64,000 bases of DNA from a virus. The notes below the pieces were generated by a model, which was not told the origin of the DNA, did no database searches, and worked only from the letters and a program-made list of their open reading frames with translations. A program made the translations under genes and the position numbers. Below are positions 9,460 to 17,112 of the stretch, one piece after another. Each line of letters opens with the position of its first letter. The first letter of the stretch is position 1. The stretch lies in IMG/VR virus record IMGVR_UViG_3300037089_000424. The stretch is one strand, 5' to 3'.

Positions 9460-9873
9460 TCAGGATACATTATCCAACTTGTCAGCAATCTCCTGAAGAC
9501 GACTGTAGAGCACCTCGTCCGTCATGTTCGATGTGACAAATTCTTCCGAGAGTGCCCGTATCTCTTCAGCAACATCGCCAACAGTGGGGTTGGTGCTATT
9601 GCTTACCTTGGATGACTCCTTGGCCGACTTTCTCTTAGCTCGACATTCGGGACACCGTTTGGGCATAGAGAAGTTCTCGCCCTCTCTCTCCTTCTTTGCC
9701 ACCAGGTCCTGCCACCACTTGTATTCCTTGGCAGTCATGATGATTTCTTTGCTACATTCGATACATGTGCCCGCAGTGACACTAGCACCATCACCTTGAA
9801 TCTCGGGAGATCTCTCTTCTGCCTGCTCCTCCCAGCGAGGGTTCCCTCTCATTTTATTCATTGCGTGAGACAT
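9460..9873 (-). CDS. zf-trcl-like zinc-ribbon protein (paralog of 7549..8004)
   Basis: CIECSKEIIMTAKEYKWW...PKRCPECRAKRK. Confidence 0.7.
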   Translation of the reverse strand: MSHAMNKMRGNPRWEEQAEERSPEIQGDGASVTAGTCIECSKEIIMTAKEYKWWQDLVAKKEREGENFSMPKRCPECRAKRKSAKESSKVSNSTNPTVGDVAEEIRALSEEFVTSNMTDEVLYSRLQEIADKLDNVS

Positions 9874-10708
9874 TCTTCAACTCCTCCTTCCGGAGCCCCT
9901 GGATGTTGTTGTTAGTTGTCAAAACTTCGTGCAGAAATCTGGATGCAGACAGCACCAATCCGCTTTCTGAAGCAAAATGAGCTATTGCCAACAAATCCTT
10001 TGGCAAGCACTTTCCGCCAAATCCACGCTCATCGGTAACAATAGTGTGAGACCGGCCCATCCGGCCATCCATAAGCCAAGCTTCTCGCAGAACGTTGTAG
10101 TCAACACCCACAGAGTCGGCCAAGATCTTGAACACATTGCAGAACGTCACCTTTGTAGCCAGGAAAGCATTCTCCATATACTTGACAAGCTCAGCGGTAC
10201 GACTATCAACGAGCATGACTCGGAGTTCAGGCCCATGAATATGCCGAAATATGTCCGCCACCTCCTGAGCTTTCTTTAAATCATCGGTGACGCCAAGGAT
10301 GAGGAACGGAGGACCATCCTCATAAGGGTGAGACGAGAGGAAGTTTCGCTCGCCAATGAACTCTGGCGCAAATACGACGGACGACTCACCCTCCATCCAA
10401 CGAGTCATCAATCTTCGACAGGTTCCAGGCAACACTGTGGACCTGATACAAACAGTTGGGCACTTGATCCAAACAAAGATTTCTCTCAGTATCGAGAGAT
10501 CCTGATCTCCATTCTCTTCTGTGGGAGTTGGGACACAGACGAAAGCAATGTCACAGGCATTGACTTCCCCTATTGGAGCAGACTGTGCCAACAGATATGG
10601 AGGATCGTATAGAGCCTTGACCACGCAAACTGACTCGTGCGCCTTTCTCAAGAAGTTGAGCATGTGGGTTCCCACATAGCCGCAGCCAACGATCGCTATT
10701 GTTTTCAT
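9854..10708 (-). CDS. ugd: UDP-glucose/GDP-mannose 6-dehydrogenase family, short form without the C-terminal domain
   Basis: MKTIAIVGCGYVG Rossmann motif, VCVPTP, IRSTVLPGT, PEF, AELVKYMENAFLATKVTFCN, GFGGKCLPKD; ATG 10708 behind GGAGGAAG. Confidence 0.9.
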   Translation of the reverse strand: MKTIAIVGCGYVGTHMLNFLRKAHESVCVVKALYDPPYLLAQSAPIGEVNACDIAFVCVPTPTEENGDQDLSILREIFVWIKCPTVCIRSTVLPGTCRRLMTRWMEGESSVVFAPEFIGERNFLSSHPYEDGPPFLILGVTDDLKKAQEVADIFRHIHGPELRVMLVDSRTAELVKYMENAFLATKVTFCNVFKILADSVGVDYNVLREAWLMDGRMGRSHTIVTDERGFGGKCLPKDLLAIAHFASESGLVLSASRFLHEVLTTNNNIQGLRKEELKNVSRNE

Positions 10709-10995
10709 GCTGGTTTCTTCCTCCTTTTTGGTTTTGACTCCGTCGTCTTCAGTGTACGAGGATCTGTGTATGACATTCCTGCCATCAGAGTGATCCTCTT
10801 TGCTATTTCGTAGAGAGCAGGGATTTCCTTCCGCATGATAGTTCCCTTCTTTGCGCAAGCCAAGACAGTACGCCTAGAACTCCAAAGGACGTTCCAATGC
10901 TTGAGTTGATAGTTGGCCTCCTTCACAGCCATCCTGATCTCAGAGATAGCATTGTCAAGATGGCAATTTACTACATTCAGTGCTTCTCTTCTCAT
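10705..10995 (-). CDS. hypothetical protein
   Basis: ATG behind AAAAGGAG; ATGA overlap with the ugd-like gene. Confidence 0.6.
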   Translation of the reverse strand: MRREALNVVNCHLDNAISEIRMAVKEANYQLKHWNVLWSSRRTVLACAKKGTIMRKEIPALYEIAKRITLMAGMSYTDPRTLKTTESKPKRRKKPA

Positions 10996-11094
10996 AGAAG
11001 CTCCTTTTGAATGAAAGTGGTTTGGAGAGAAGGTCTCGAACCTTCGTTGATGGGTCCAAAGTCCATTGGCCTACCCCCCTAACCAACCTCCGAG

Positions 11095-11130
11095 CAAGAA
11101 ATGTGTGGGGCAGAGTTTCCCCTGCCCCAC
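11095..11130 (-). terminator. rho-independent terminator candidate
   Basis: 9-bp stem GTGGGGCAG/CTGCCCCAC (11105-11113, 11122-11130) followed by ACATTTCTT on the minus strand. Confidence 0.6.
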
Positions 11131-11171
11131 TGGAGTTACACGACTTCACTAGGACTACACGACGTCAGGGA

Positions 11172-12239
11172 TCATTCTTCTTCTTCTTCACTGGCCTTCA
11201 TCTTCATCTTTGCCTTCTTGAAGATGATGCGCAGTTTCTTGCCGAGGAATTTCACATTGCCCTTGAACTCGTATTTGCCCTTGCCAGCAGGTTTCCAGTC
11301 GGTAGACTTCATGCCGATGGCCGCAGGCTTGAGCCGAGTCAAAAGACGAACGACAAATCCCTCATCGCGATTCGCTCTGGCAATCCGAGCGAATCTCTTG
11401 CCGGCGATGGAAACGAAGAACAACGGTTTCTTGGCTTTCTGGGTGAGTTCACCACCAAGTTTCTTGTACCGAGACCTGTTCAAGATTGACTGCAAGGTCT
11501 CAGACAGGCCAGTGGACTTCGGTGCGGATTCCTTCTCCGACCGATCCTCCCTTTCCTTCTTGGCTTTCTTCTTGGCTTTCTTCACAGTACCTCCGCCTTC
11601 TTCCTTCTTGGCTTTCATGACTGTATTGCAATTATCGGATTCCAGACATTGTCTGCATTCCGGAACGTCTGGGTCGCGGAATTTGCCAAAGCAGTCCTGT
11701 ACACCAGGAGGGATGGGTGAGGACGGCGGACGAGGAGTATAACTCTCGGGATCGATCCGGACCAGGTTGGATTTCTTCCCGCCCTTTTCCTCCTCATCTT
11801 CGTCCTCGTCTTCGTCGTCAGTTTCTTCGTCATCCTCATCCGAGTCTTCATCTTCGTCATCGTCATCGGACTTCTTTTTCTTCTTTTTGGGTTTGTCGTC
11901 TTCGTCTTCATCCGAATCATCATCGGAGTCATCGGAGTCATCATCGTCATCGTCCGAGTCTTCATCTTCGTCATCGTCATCGGACTTCTTTTTCTTCTTT
12001 TTGGGTTTGTCGTCTTCGTCTTCATCCGAATCATCATCGGAGTCATCGGAGTCATCATCGTCATCGTCGGAGTCATCGGAGTCGTCGGAGTCATCATCAT
12101 CGGAGTCGTCGGAATCGTCATCATCTTCATCATCCGACTTCTTTTTCTTCTTTGGTTCTTCGTCGTCATCATCAGCATCTGGCGCTGACTTCCCTTTCTT
12201 GGCCTTGTTGTGCTTTTTCTTTTTTCCTACATTTTTCAT
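11172..12239 (-). CDS. protein with long Asp-rich/Lys-block disordered N-terminus, Cys4 motif and basic C-terminal domain
   Basis: alternating D/S and K blocks; PIPPGVQDCFGKFRDPDVPECRQCLESDNC; ATG behind AGGGAGG. Confidence 0.8.
   Translation of the reverse strand: MKNVGKKKKHNKAKKGKSAPDADDDDEEPKKKKKSDDEDDDDSDDSDDDDSDDSDDSDDDDDDSDDSDDDSDEDEDDKPKKKKKKSDDDDEDEDSDDDDDDSDDSDDDSDEDEDDKPKKKKKKSDDDDEDEDSDEDDEETDDEDEDEDEEEKGGKKSNLVRIDPESYTPRPPSSPIPPGVQDCFGKFRDPDVPECRQCLESDNCNTVMKAKKEEGGGTVKKAKKKAKKEREDRSEKESAPKSTGLSETLQSILNRSRYKKLGGELTQKAKKPLFFVSIAGKRFARIARANRDEGFVVRLLTRLKPAAIGMKSTDWKPAGKGKYEFKGNVKFLGKKLRIIFKKAKMKMKASEEEEE
11840..12067. repeat. exact tandem duplication, 2 x 114 bp (38 codons), inside the acidic protein
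   Basis: 11840-11953 is identical to 11954-12067. Confidence 0.9.
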
Positions 12240-12816
12240 TCAGTCCTCCCTTTAGTCGTGTATATACGGATCGGATTTCTTGAAGATAACGTCTTGCGTC
12301 TGCTACAGAAATGCTCATGGCCTGTCGGATGTGGCGTGGTTTAATCACGAACTTCTTCCAGCCTTGTACTAGAATACCCATAGAGTTGAGTTTGTTTCTC
12401 CGACAGAAATCTCGCCAGGCTGTTTCAGTCACCTCCTCTCCAGGGTCAATGATCGCTTCCATGAATTTGTAGGCTCCGGAGGATAGGTGTGGCTTGTACC
12501 CTTTCGTCCAGAACCATGTTACCCTTGAATGGTCCTGATGAGACAATTTGTGAGGCTCTACAGCATCCAGATCAACCTCCTGTCCACGACGCATCTCTTG
12601 GTTTCGAAAACGAATCATTTTCTTATAATGGTTATACAAAGCTCGCTTGAAATATCGAGCGAACCGTTCTTCCCCGGTTGGGAATTTGTTGCAACAACGA
12701 ACCAATACAAGCAGGCCCTCGCCAACCAAATCGTCTCTCTCCATTCGATAGTTTCCCCGAATGGAGTACCGTCTGGCTGCCCACTTGATGAGATTCTGAA
12801 ATCTACGAAGAGCCAC
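12172..12816 (-). CDS. phage-encoded sigma-70-family (region 2) RNA polymerase sigma factor
   Basis: LIKWAARRY...ERDDLVGEGLLVLVRCCNKF...FARYFKRALYNHYKKMIR; GTG start has no obvious RBS (see frameshift finding). Confidence 0.8.
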   Translation of the reverse strand: MALRRFQNLIKWAARRYSIRGNYRMERDDLVGEGLLVLVRCCNKFPTGEERFARYFKRALYNHYKKMIRFRNQEMRRGQEVDLDAVEPHKLSHQDHSRVTWFWTKGYKPHLSSGAYKFMEAIIDPGEEVTETAWRDFCRRNKLNSMGILVQGWKKFVIKPRHIRQAMSISVADARRYLQEIRSVYTRLKGGLNEKCRKKEKAQQGQEREVSARC

Positions 12817-12832
12817 TTCTACACTGTAAATT

Positions 12833-12919
12833 TCAGAAGCGGGGAAATCGCTGGACAGCAGTCGAGATTCTCGGGAACCTTTTCTTCCCGACTCTTGGAA
12901 ATCTCACTACCTTAGCCAT
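12833..12919 (-). CDS. 28-aa peptide MAKVVRFPRVGKKRFPRISTAVQRFPRF (leader peptide or frameshifted N-terminus of the sigma factor)
   Basis: strong AGGAGG RBS then ATG 12919; three RFPR copies written with different synonymous codons. Confidence 0.6.
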   Translation of the reverse strand: MAKVVRFPRVGKKRFPRISTAVQRFPRF

Positions 12920-13472
12920 TCCTACCTCCTTTCTTCGCTCGGACAGCCCTCTTGCTACGAAGGACCACTGAACGATTGGTCCGTGTTTTCCGCTTTCGTT
13001 GACGGATATGTATAGTCTTTCTGGACTCAGTTCTAGCGAGACCAACCTTGCTTGTGGGCTGCGACGTCTTGCCAACTCGAGAGTGCGCTCGACGCAAGAG
13101 CTTAATACCTTTGGCAAATCTGCCAGGCATACTCTCTGTGCCAATGTAGAACCCACATCTGAGGCACTTGACTTGTCCTTTATTGACATCGAGCACCTCC
13201 AATTTTCCAATTCTACAATGACACTGCTGACTTGGCTTCAGTCTAGGCCACCGCAGCGGACGAGGATATCTCTTCATCAGCCGTGGTAAGCGTATGGTGA
13301 ACATTGCCCAGGTCCAATTCTCCCTCTCAAATCTCCTATCAAGATTGAAGACCTGGACACCCCACTCCGGGAGGACTTTGTGTATCTCCCCAGTCATCCC
13401 TGAAACTTGGTGCACGACCCGACTACCTGGTACAAGACCATTCTGCCTGGCTAGGGCAAGATCCATAGTCAC
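12912..13472 (-). CDS. hypothetical protein (SH3-like N-terminus, CxC...CxxC Zn ribbon, basic tail)
   Basis: LVPGSRVVHQVSGMTGEIHKV; CHCRIG...KCLRCG; AAAGGAGG RBS. Confidence 0.65.
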   Translation of the reverse strand: MTMDLALARQNGLVPGSRVVHQVSGMTGEIHKVLPEWGVQVFNLDRRFERENWTWAMFTIRLPRLMKRYPRPLRWPRLKPSQQCHCRIGKLEVLDVNKGQVKCLRCGFYIGTESMPGRFAKGIKLLRRAHSRVGKTSQPTSKVGLARTESRKTIHIRQRKRKTRTNRSVVLRSKRAVRAKKGGRNG

Positions 13473-13477
13473 CTCCT

Positions 13478-13639
13478 TTACATGCTCCCATCATTTATCA
13501 TGCACATGTCAGCGCGTTTGCCATCAATATAGCAACCAGGACGGCCACACTTGTAGACCGGAAACTTTCTATTTCCAGATTGCATATACCCTATTAGCAC
13601 CTTTTTGTGAAATCCTAAAAGACACAACAATCGTCCCAT
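13478..13639 (-). CDS. DUF1660-like small protein
   Basis: MGRLLCLLGFHKK...YKCGRPGC; ATG 13639 behind AAAGGAGG. Confidence 0.6.
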   Translation of the reverse strand: MGRLLCLLGFHKKVLIGYMQSGNRKFPVYKCGRPGCYIDGKRADMCMINDGSM

Positions 13640-13709
13640 AATTTTATCCTCCTTTGGGAGTATTCCCAGAGCGCGATATTTCACACGCTCTGGGTTGCAG
13701 AAGGACGAC

Positions 13710-14510
13710 TCAATCCTGATTCTTCTTGGACTTCTTGGTCTTCTTGCCTTTCTTCTTTTTCTTGATGTTCACAACGGGCAGGTCGGCAACAAAGTCCTTG
13801 AGTTCACGGAATGGGCGAAATCGCAGCCGGTTGCTGGCGGGCTTGGCCTTGAAAATAGCAGGCTTCTTGGTGAAGGGATTGATGCCCTTGCGTTTCTCAC
13901 GCGCAGGCTTGTAAGCAATCCTGAGCTTGCCCAGCCCAGGGAGACGGAAGGCTCTTTCAGCCTTGAGATTGCTCTTGACAACAGTCATCAGTGCGTCATA
14001 GATAGCACGCACGATCTTTCTCGGTTGGCCACTTTCAGTGGCGAGATCAGCGAGTAGTGACATAGAAGTTGGTTCTCCTTTGTTTGAATTGAATTTTATT
14101 AAGACCCTTCCTTCTGGGTCTTCCACTTGCTCTGAATCGAAATTCTCCTGCAGGAAACCAAGTGCCTTCTGCGAGAGAGTTGAGACCTTTCTGCCTTCCA
14201 GACACTTGGGTACCATTTTGAAAGCGTCTGATGGCAGCATAGACCAATAAGAAATTCCAAATTCGCGGAATATGTTCACCAATTCTCTTTCCGCAACAGT
14301 CAAGCCTTTCTTGCGTTGGCGGCGGATCGCTCGTGCCGAATCAAAGAGTCTCTGCTTCTCGAGACGATCTCGTCGTGTCTGTATTTCCTCTGGCGTGCCA
14401 AAGTGAAGTTGGATTCGCCGCGCTGATGTGAGACCTGCAAATTTCCTCTTCCGCTTCAGAATAACACGCTTGTTAAGAGTTACTTTCGAGACGTTCGAGA
14501 CGTTGGCCAT
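13710..14510 (-). CDS. HU/IHF-family DNA-binding protein with ~150-aa basic N-terminal extension
   Basis: LLADLATESGQPRKIVRAIYDAL...FRLPGLGKLRIAYKPAREKRKGINPFTKKPAIFKAKPASNRLRFRPFRELKDFV; internal in-frame ATG 14063 has its own AAAGGAG. Confidence 0.9.
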   Translation of the reverse strand: MANVSNVSKVTLNKRVILKRKRKFAGLTSARRIQLHFGTPEEIQTRRDRLEKQRLFDSARAIRRQRKKGLTVAERELVNIFREFGISYWSMLPSDAFKMVPKCLEGRKVSTLSQKALGFLQENFDSEQVEDPEGRVLIKFNSNKGEPTSMSLLADLATESGQPRKIVRAIYDALMTVVKSNLKAERAFRLPGLGKLRIAYKPAREKRKGINPFTKKPAIFKAKPASNRLRFRPFRELKDFVADLPVVNIKKKKKGKKTKKSKKNQD

Positions 14511-14516
14511 TTTGCC

Positions 14517-14810
14517 TCACTTTTGTGTTTTGAGATATGCTAGCAACGCTTGCCCATGCTTACAGATGAAGTCCTCCAATCCCAAAACGATGAGTAGAGC
14601 CTGAAACTTGCCGACGGGACAGTCGCAGAGGACGATTGGTGCTTTCAATTTCTCGCCCATTCCGGACGCTCCTCGTACGACCTGCACCCAATAGACTTCA
14701 CCAGAATCTGGGCTCGTCACCTTGTACACATCGAATTTGTAACCCGATGGCTTGTTGAGACGCATCACATCGTTCAGAGGACGCTTGTCAAACACCCATG
14801 TTCCTGACAT
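14517..14810 (-). CDS. SWIM zinc-finger protein
   Basis: YKVTSPDSGEVYWV...LCDCPVGKF...ICKHGQALL (CxC...CxH). Confidence 0.75.
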   Translation of the reverse strand: MSGTWVFDKRPLNDVMRLNKPSGYKFDVYKVTSPDSGEVYWVQVVRGASGMGEKLKAPIVLCDCPVGKFQALLIVLGLEDFICKHGQALLAYLKTQK

Positions 14811-14827
14811 CTAGACACCTCCTCATT

Positions 14828-15421
14828 TTATCCTTTTATTCCTCCTGCAAATCCTGTTGGTGTTACAGGGAAATCATGCCCTTCTTTTTCTTTCGGGCTA
14901 GACTCTGTCGTTGTCGGCTCAGGAGAATCCAAATTATCACTGTTGATAATTGGATCATCGTCTTTGCCAGCAGCCAAGTGTACCAGCAAAGTATCAAGGT
15001 CATCGTCTATCCTTTCGGTCATGTCCTCGAGACGATGAACTCTTGCAGGCAAATTCGGGGCAGGCCCTTCAGAATCATCAGAAGTGAAATATGCAAGGAC
15101 CCTTTCCTCAATCATCTTCTGATTTGTCACAACCCTCCGCTCGAGACGATGAACCTTCCATAGCAAACCAGGGCTGGATTCATCGGAAGGGTCTCCCAGA
15201 ACCTTGACCTTGTCCTGGAGAGCACCGACCAGCAATACCACCGGCGCTAGTTGCTCTCGGAGCTCGACAATCGTCTTGAGATATGCATCAACCGATGTCT
15301 TGAGGATAGCGGCAATAGTCTCAACCTGTCCAATTCTAACAACAAGATCCTTATTACTCTCAACAGCGTTCCGGCAAGCTTGTGACAAAGTCACGCTACC
15401 CTCCTTGAGCATCTTAGCCAT
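14828..15421 (-). CDS. coiled-coil hypothetical protein
   Basis: heptad-rich sequence; AAAAGGAGG RBS. Confidence 0.7.
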   Translation of the reverse strand: MAKMLKEGSVTLSQACRNAVESNKDLVVRIGQVETIAAILKTSVDAYLKTIVELREQLAPVVLLVGALQDKVKVLGDPSDESSPGLLWKVHRLERRVVTNQKMIEERVLAYFTSDDSEGPAPNLPARVHRLEDMTERIDDDLDTLLVHLAAGKDDDPIINSDNLDSPEPTTTESSPKEKEGHDFPVTPTGFAGGIKG

Positions 15422-15617
15422 GAGAGTTTACCTCCTTTTCAATGAATGTCTTGCAGACCAGGTCACGCACCTCTTGCGGCATCACAGCCTGGCACCGCAA
15501 GTCTGAGAGAACGTGAGGGACAAATCTTGCCCCAACAAATCTCCGAATGTACCGAAGGGTCGTTGTATAACGTGGGTCTGAATGGTCCACACACTTGTAG
15601 AATGTTGCTGCATTCAT
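15414..15617 (-). CDS. hypothetical protein
   Basis: tightly packed between neighbouring genes. Confidence 0.55.
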   Translation of the reverse strand: MNAATFYKCVDHSDPRYTTTLRYIRRFVGARFVPHVLSDLRCQAVMPQEVRDLVCKTFIEKEVNSHG

Positions 15618-15626
15618 CTAGTCACC

Positions 15627-15977
15627 TTATCTTTTGAAGATTTTGACAGGAACGCCTGCCTTCCTGGCTTGCTCTACCATATTCTTGGTACCCTTACTCT
15701 TCTCGATGTTCGAGTGGAACGCAAGAACCAAGTCTGGCTTCCCCTCAACGAGCATCTGCCGATTACGGACATGGCCAGCAGCCTTCCCATATAGATTCCA
15801 CAGAGCCGGGAATGGCTTGACTTGAATACCCAAGGACTCCGCTGCGACCCTTCCAAAAATGTCCGCGCCACTTGCCTCTCCTTCTATCACACAGCGAACG
15901 CCCTCAAGCTTCAGAAGTTCACGCTTGACGGCATGGCCATCCTTCCAATGACGATCGCCACAAATCAAGACTCTCAT
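15627..15977 (-). CDS. SLOG-family protein (YspA/DUF2493-like)
   Basis: MRVLICGDR...VIEGEASGADIFG...W..YGKAAGHVRNRQML...LVLAF...SKGTKNMVEQA. Confidence 0.9.
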   Translation of the reverse strand: MRVLICGDRHWKDGHAVKRELLKLEGVRCVIEGEASGADIFGRVAAESLGIQVKPFPALWNLYGKAAGHVRNRQMLVEGKPDLVLAFHSNIEKSKGTKNMVEQARKAGVPVKIFKR

Positions 15978-15979
15978 GG

Positions 15980-16207
15980 CTACCTCCCTCTTGGAGTCAG
16001 ATGCTTAACAAGGGACACTTTGAACGCACACGTCTCAAACTCATAGCAGTATAGACTACAAGTGTCAACATGAGGATCGTTGTATTTCCCAAAACAATCC
16101 GTGACGCCAGGAGGGATTGGAGTTGGTGGAGCTTTTGGGGCATAGACGCCAGCATCAATTTGGCTTTGATCTCCTCTGTCAACTCTTTTCCTTGTTGCCT
16201 TTTCCAT
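15980..16207 (-). CDS. small Cys-rich protein sharing a domain with 11172..12239
   Basis: PIPPGVTDCFGKYNDPHVDTCSLYCYEFETC; AAGGAG RBS. Confidence 0.7.
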   Translation of the reverse strand: MEKATRKRVDRGDQSQIDAGVYAPKAPPTPIPPGVTDCFGKYNDPHVDTCSLYCYEFETCAFKVSLVKHLTPRGR

Positions 16208-16214
16208 GTTTGTC

Positions 16215-16465
16215 TCCTTCTTGGAGTCTCTCGCTCCATTGCTGCTCTGCTACAAATTCCTGGCTTTTAGTGCCTGGAGGAAACACAGACAAATGCCAGG
16301 CCGGAGGCAGGCGAGGCCAATCGCCTTAGCAGAGCAGCAATGGAGGGACACACAACAGTGTCCACTCCAAACAGTTGCCACCAGGATCATCGCCGCCCTC
16401 AAGACATTATGCAGGTGCATTGGGGAGCACCTACACCTGAGGCTGTTCGGCTCCCTTGGTGGCAA
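16215..16465 (-). ncRNA. candidate structured non-coding RNA / long-stem processing site
   Basis: perfect 19-bp inverted repeat (16234-16252 / 16327-16345) enclosing smaller hairpins, plus two more hairpins upstream; no convincing ORF. Confidence 0.45.
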
Positions 16466-16468
16466 ATT

Positions 16469-16618
16469 TTATTTCGCAACTGAATCAAGATACTTCCTGA
16501 GGACACGAGCTACAAATTCCTGCACCGAGAGGTGTTCTCCGGCAGCTTGCGCCTTACACCCCCACATCAAATCCGCAGGAACCCTAACGCCAGTGTATTT
16601 CAGTTTCTTGGCTGACAC
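16469..16618 (-). CDS. 49-aa ribbon-helix-helix (Arc/CopG-like) protein, missed by the ORF track
   Basis: GTG 16618 behind AAAGGGG; KYTGVRVPADLMWGCKAQAAGEHLSVQEFVARVLRKYL. Confidence 0.7.
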   Translation of the reverse strand: MSAKKLKYTGVRVPADLMWGCKAQAAGEHLSVQEFVARVLRKYLDSVAK

Positions 16619-16647
16619 TTGAGTCCCCTTTCAGGGAATGAAATATG

Positions 16648-16812
16648 TCACAACTCGCAATGTTTCACGATGAGAACCAAAAGCAGGAGCCCAATCGCAA
16701 GATAGAAGGCCATACGTGTGAATCGGCATATCCAACACTTCCATGGATCATGTGTGCTTCCGACATGCCTCTCGTCAATAGCACTGTCAATGCGATCGAG
16801 AATGTTTGACAT
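16648..16812 (-). CDS. small membrane protein
   Basis: ATG 16812 behind GGAGGAAG; CWIC followed by hydrophobic FYLAIGLLLLVLIV. Confidence 0.6.
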   Translation of the reverse strand: MSNILDRIDSAIDERHVGSTHDPWKCWICRFTRMAFYLAIGLLLLVLIVKHCEL

Positions 16813-17095
16813 CTTCTTCCTCCTTCCCGATGTCCCGAGAATCTTGCTCTGCTGCAACATATACTTGAAGATCCTCTACCATGCTAGTAAGATTGCGGCG
16901 TGTAGCTCTGCCATCAAGAACTTTGTTTAAGCGCCGAATAAAGCGACGGAGATCAGCATTTGTGCTCCGAGAAAACAGAGACTGACACCGCGAAGTGTGT
17001 GCCAGAGCTTTGGCGATTCGATAGTGCTCGCTTGCTAGATATTCACAAACACACACTAATTCGTTTCCATATTTGAACGGAAAGTCATTTGCCAC
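16787..17095 (-). CDS. hypothetical protein
   Basis: GTG 17095 behind AAGGAGG. Confidence 0.6.
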   Translation of the reverse strand: MANDFPFKYGNELVCVCEYLASEHYRIAKALAHTSRCQSLFSRSTNADLRRFIRRLNKVLDGRATRRNLTSMVEDLQVYVAAEQDSRDIGKEEEDVKHSRSH

Positions 17096-17112
17096 GAGAT
17101 TTCCTCCTTGAG

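Noticed and set aside
11840-12130. Repetitive DNA that might be a CRISPR array
   Set aside because: In-frame coding repeats with no unique spacers and no cas genes
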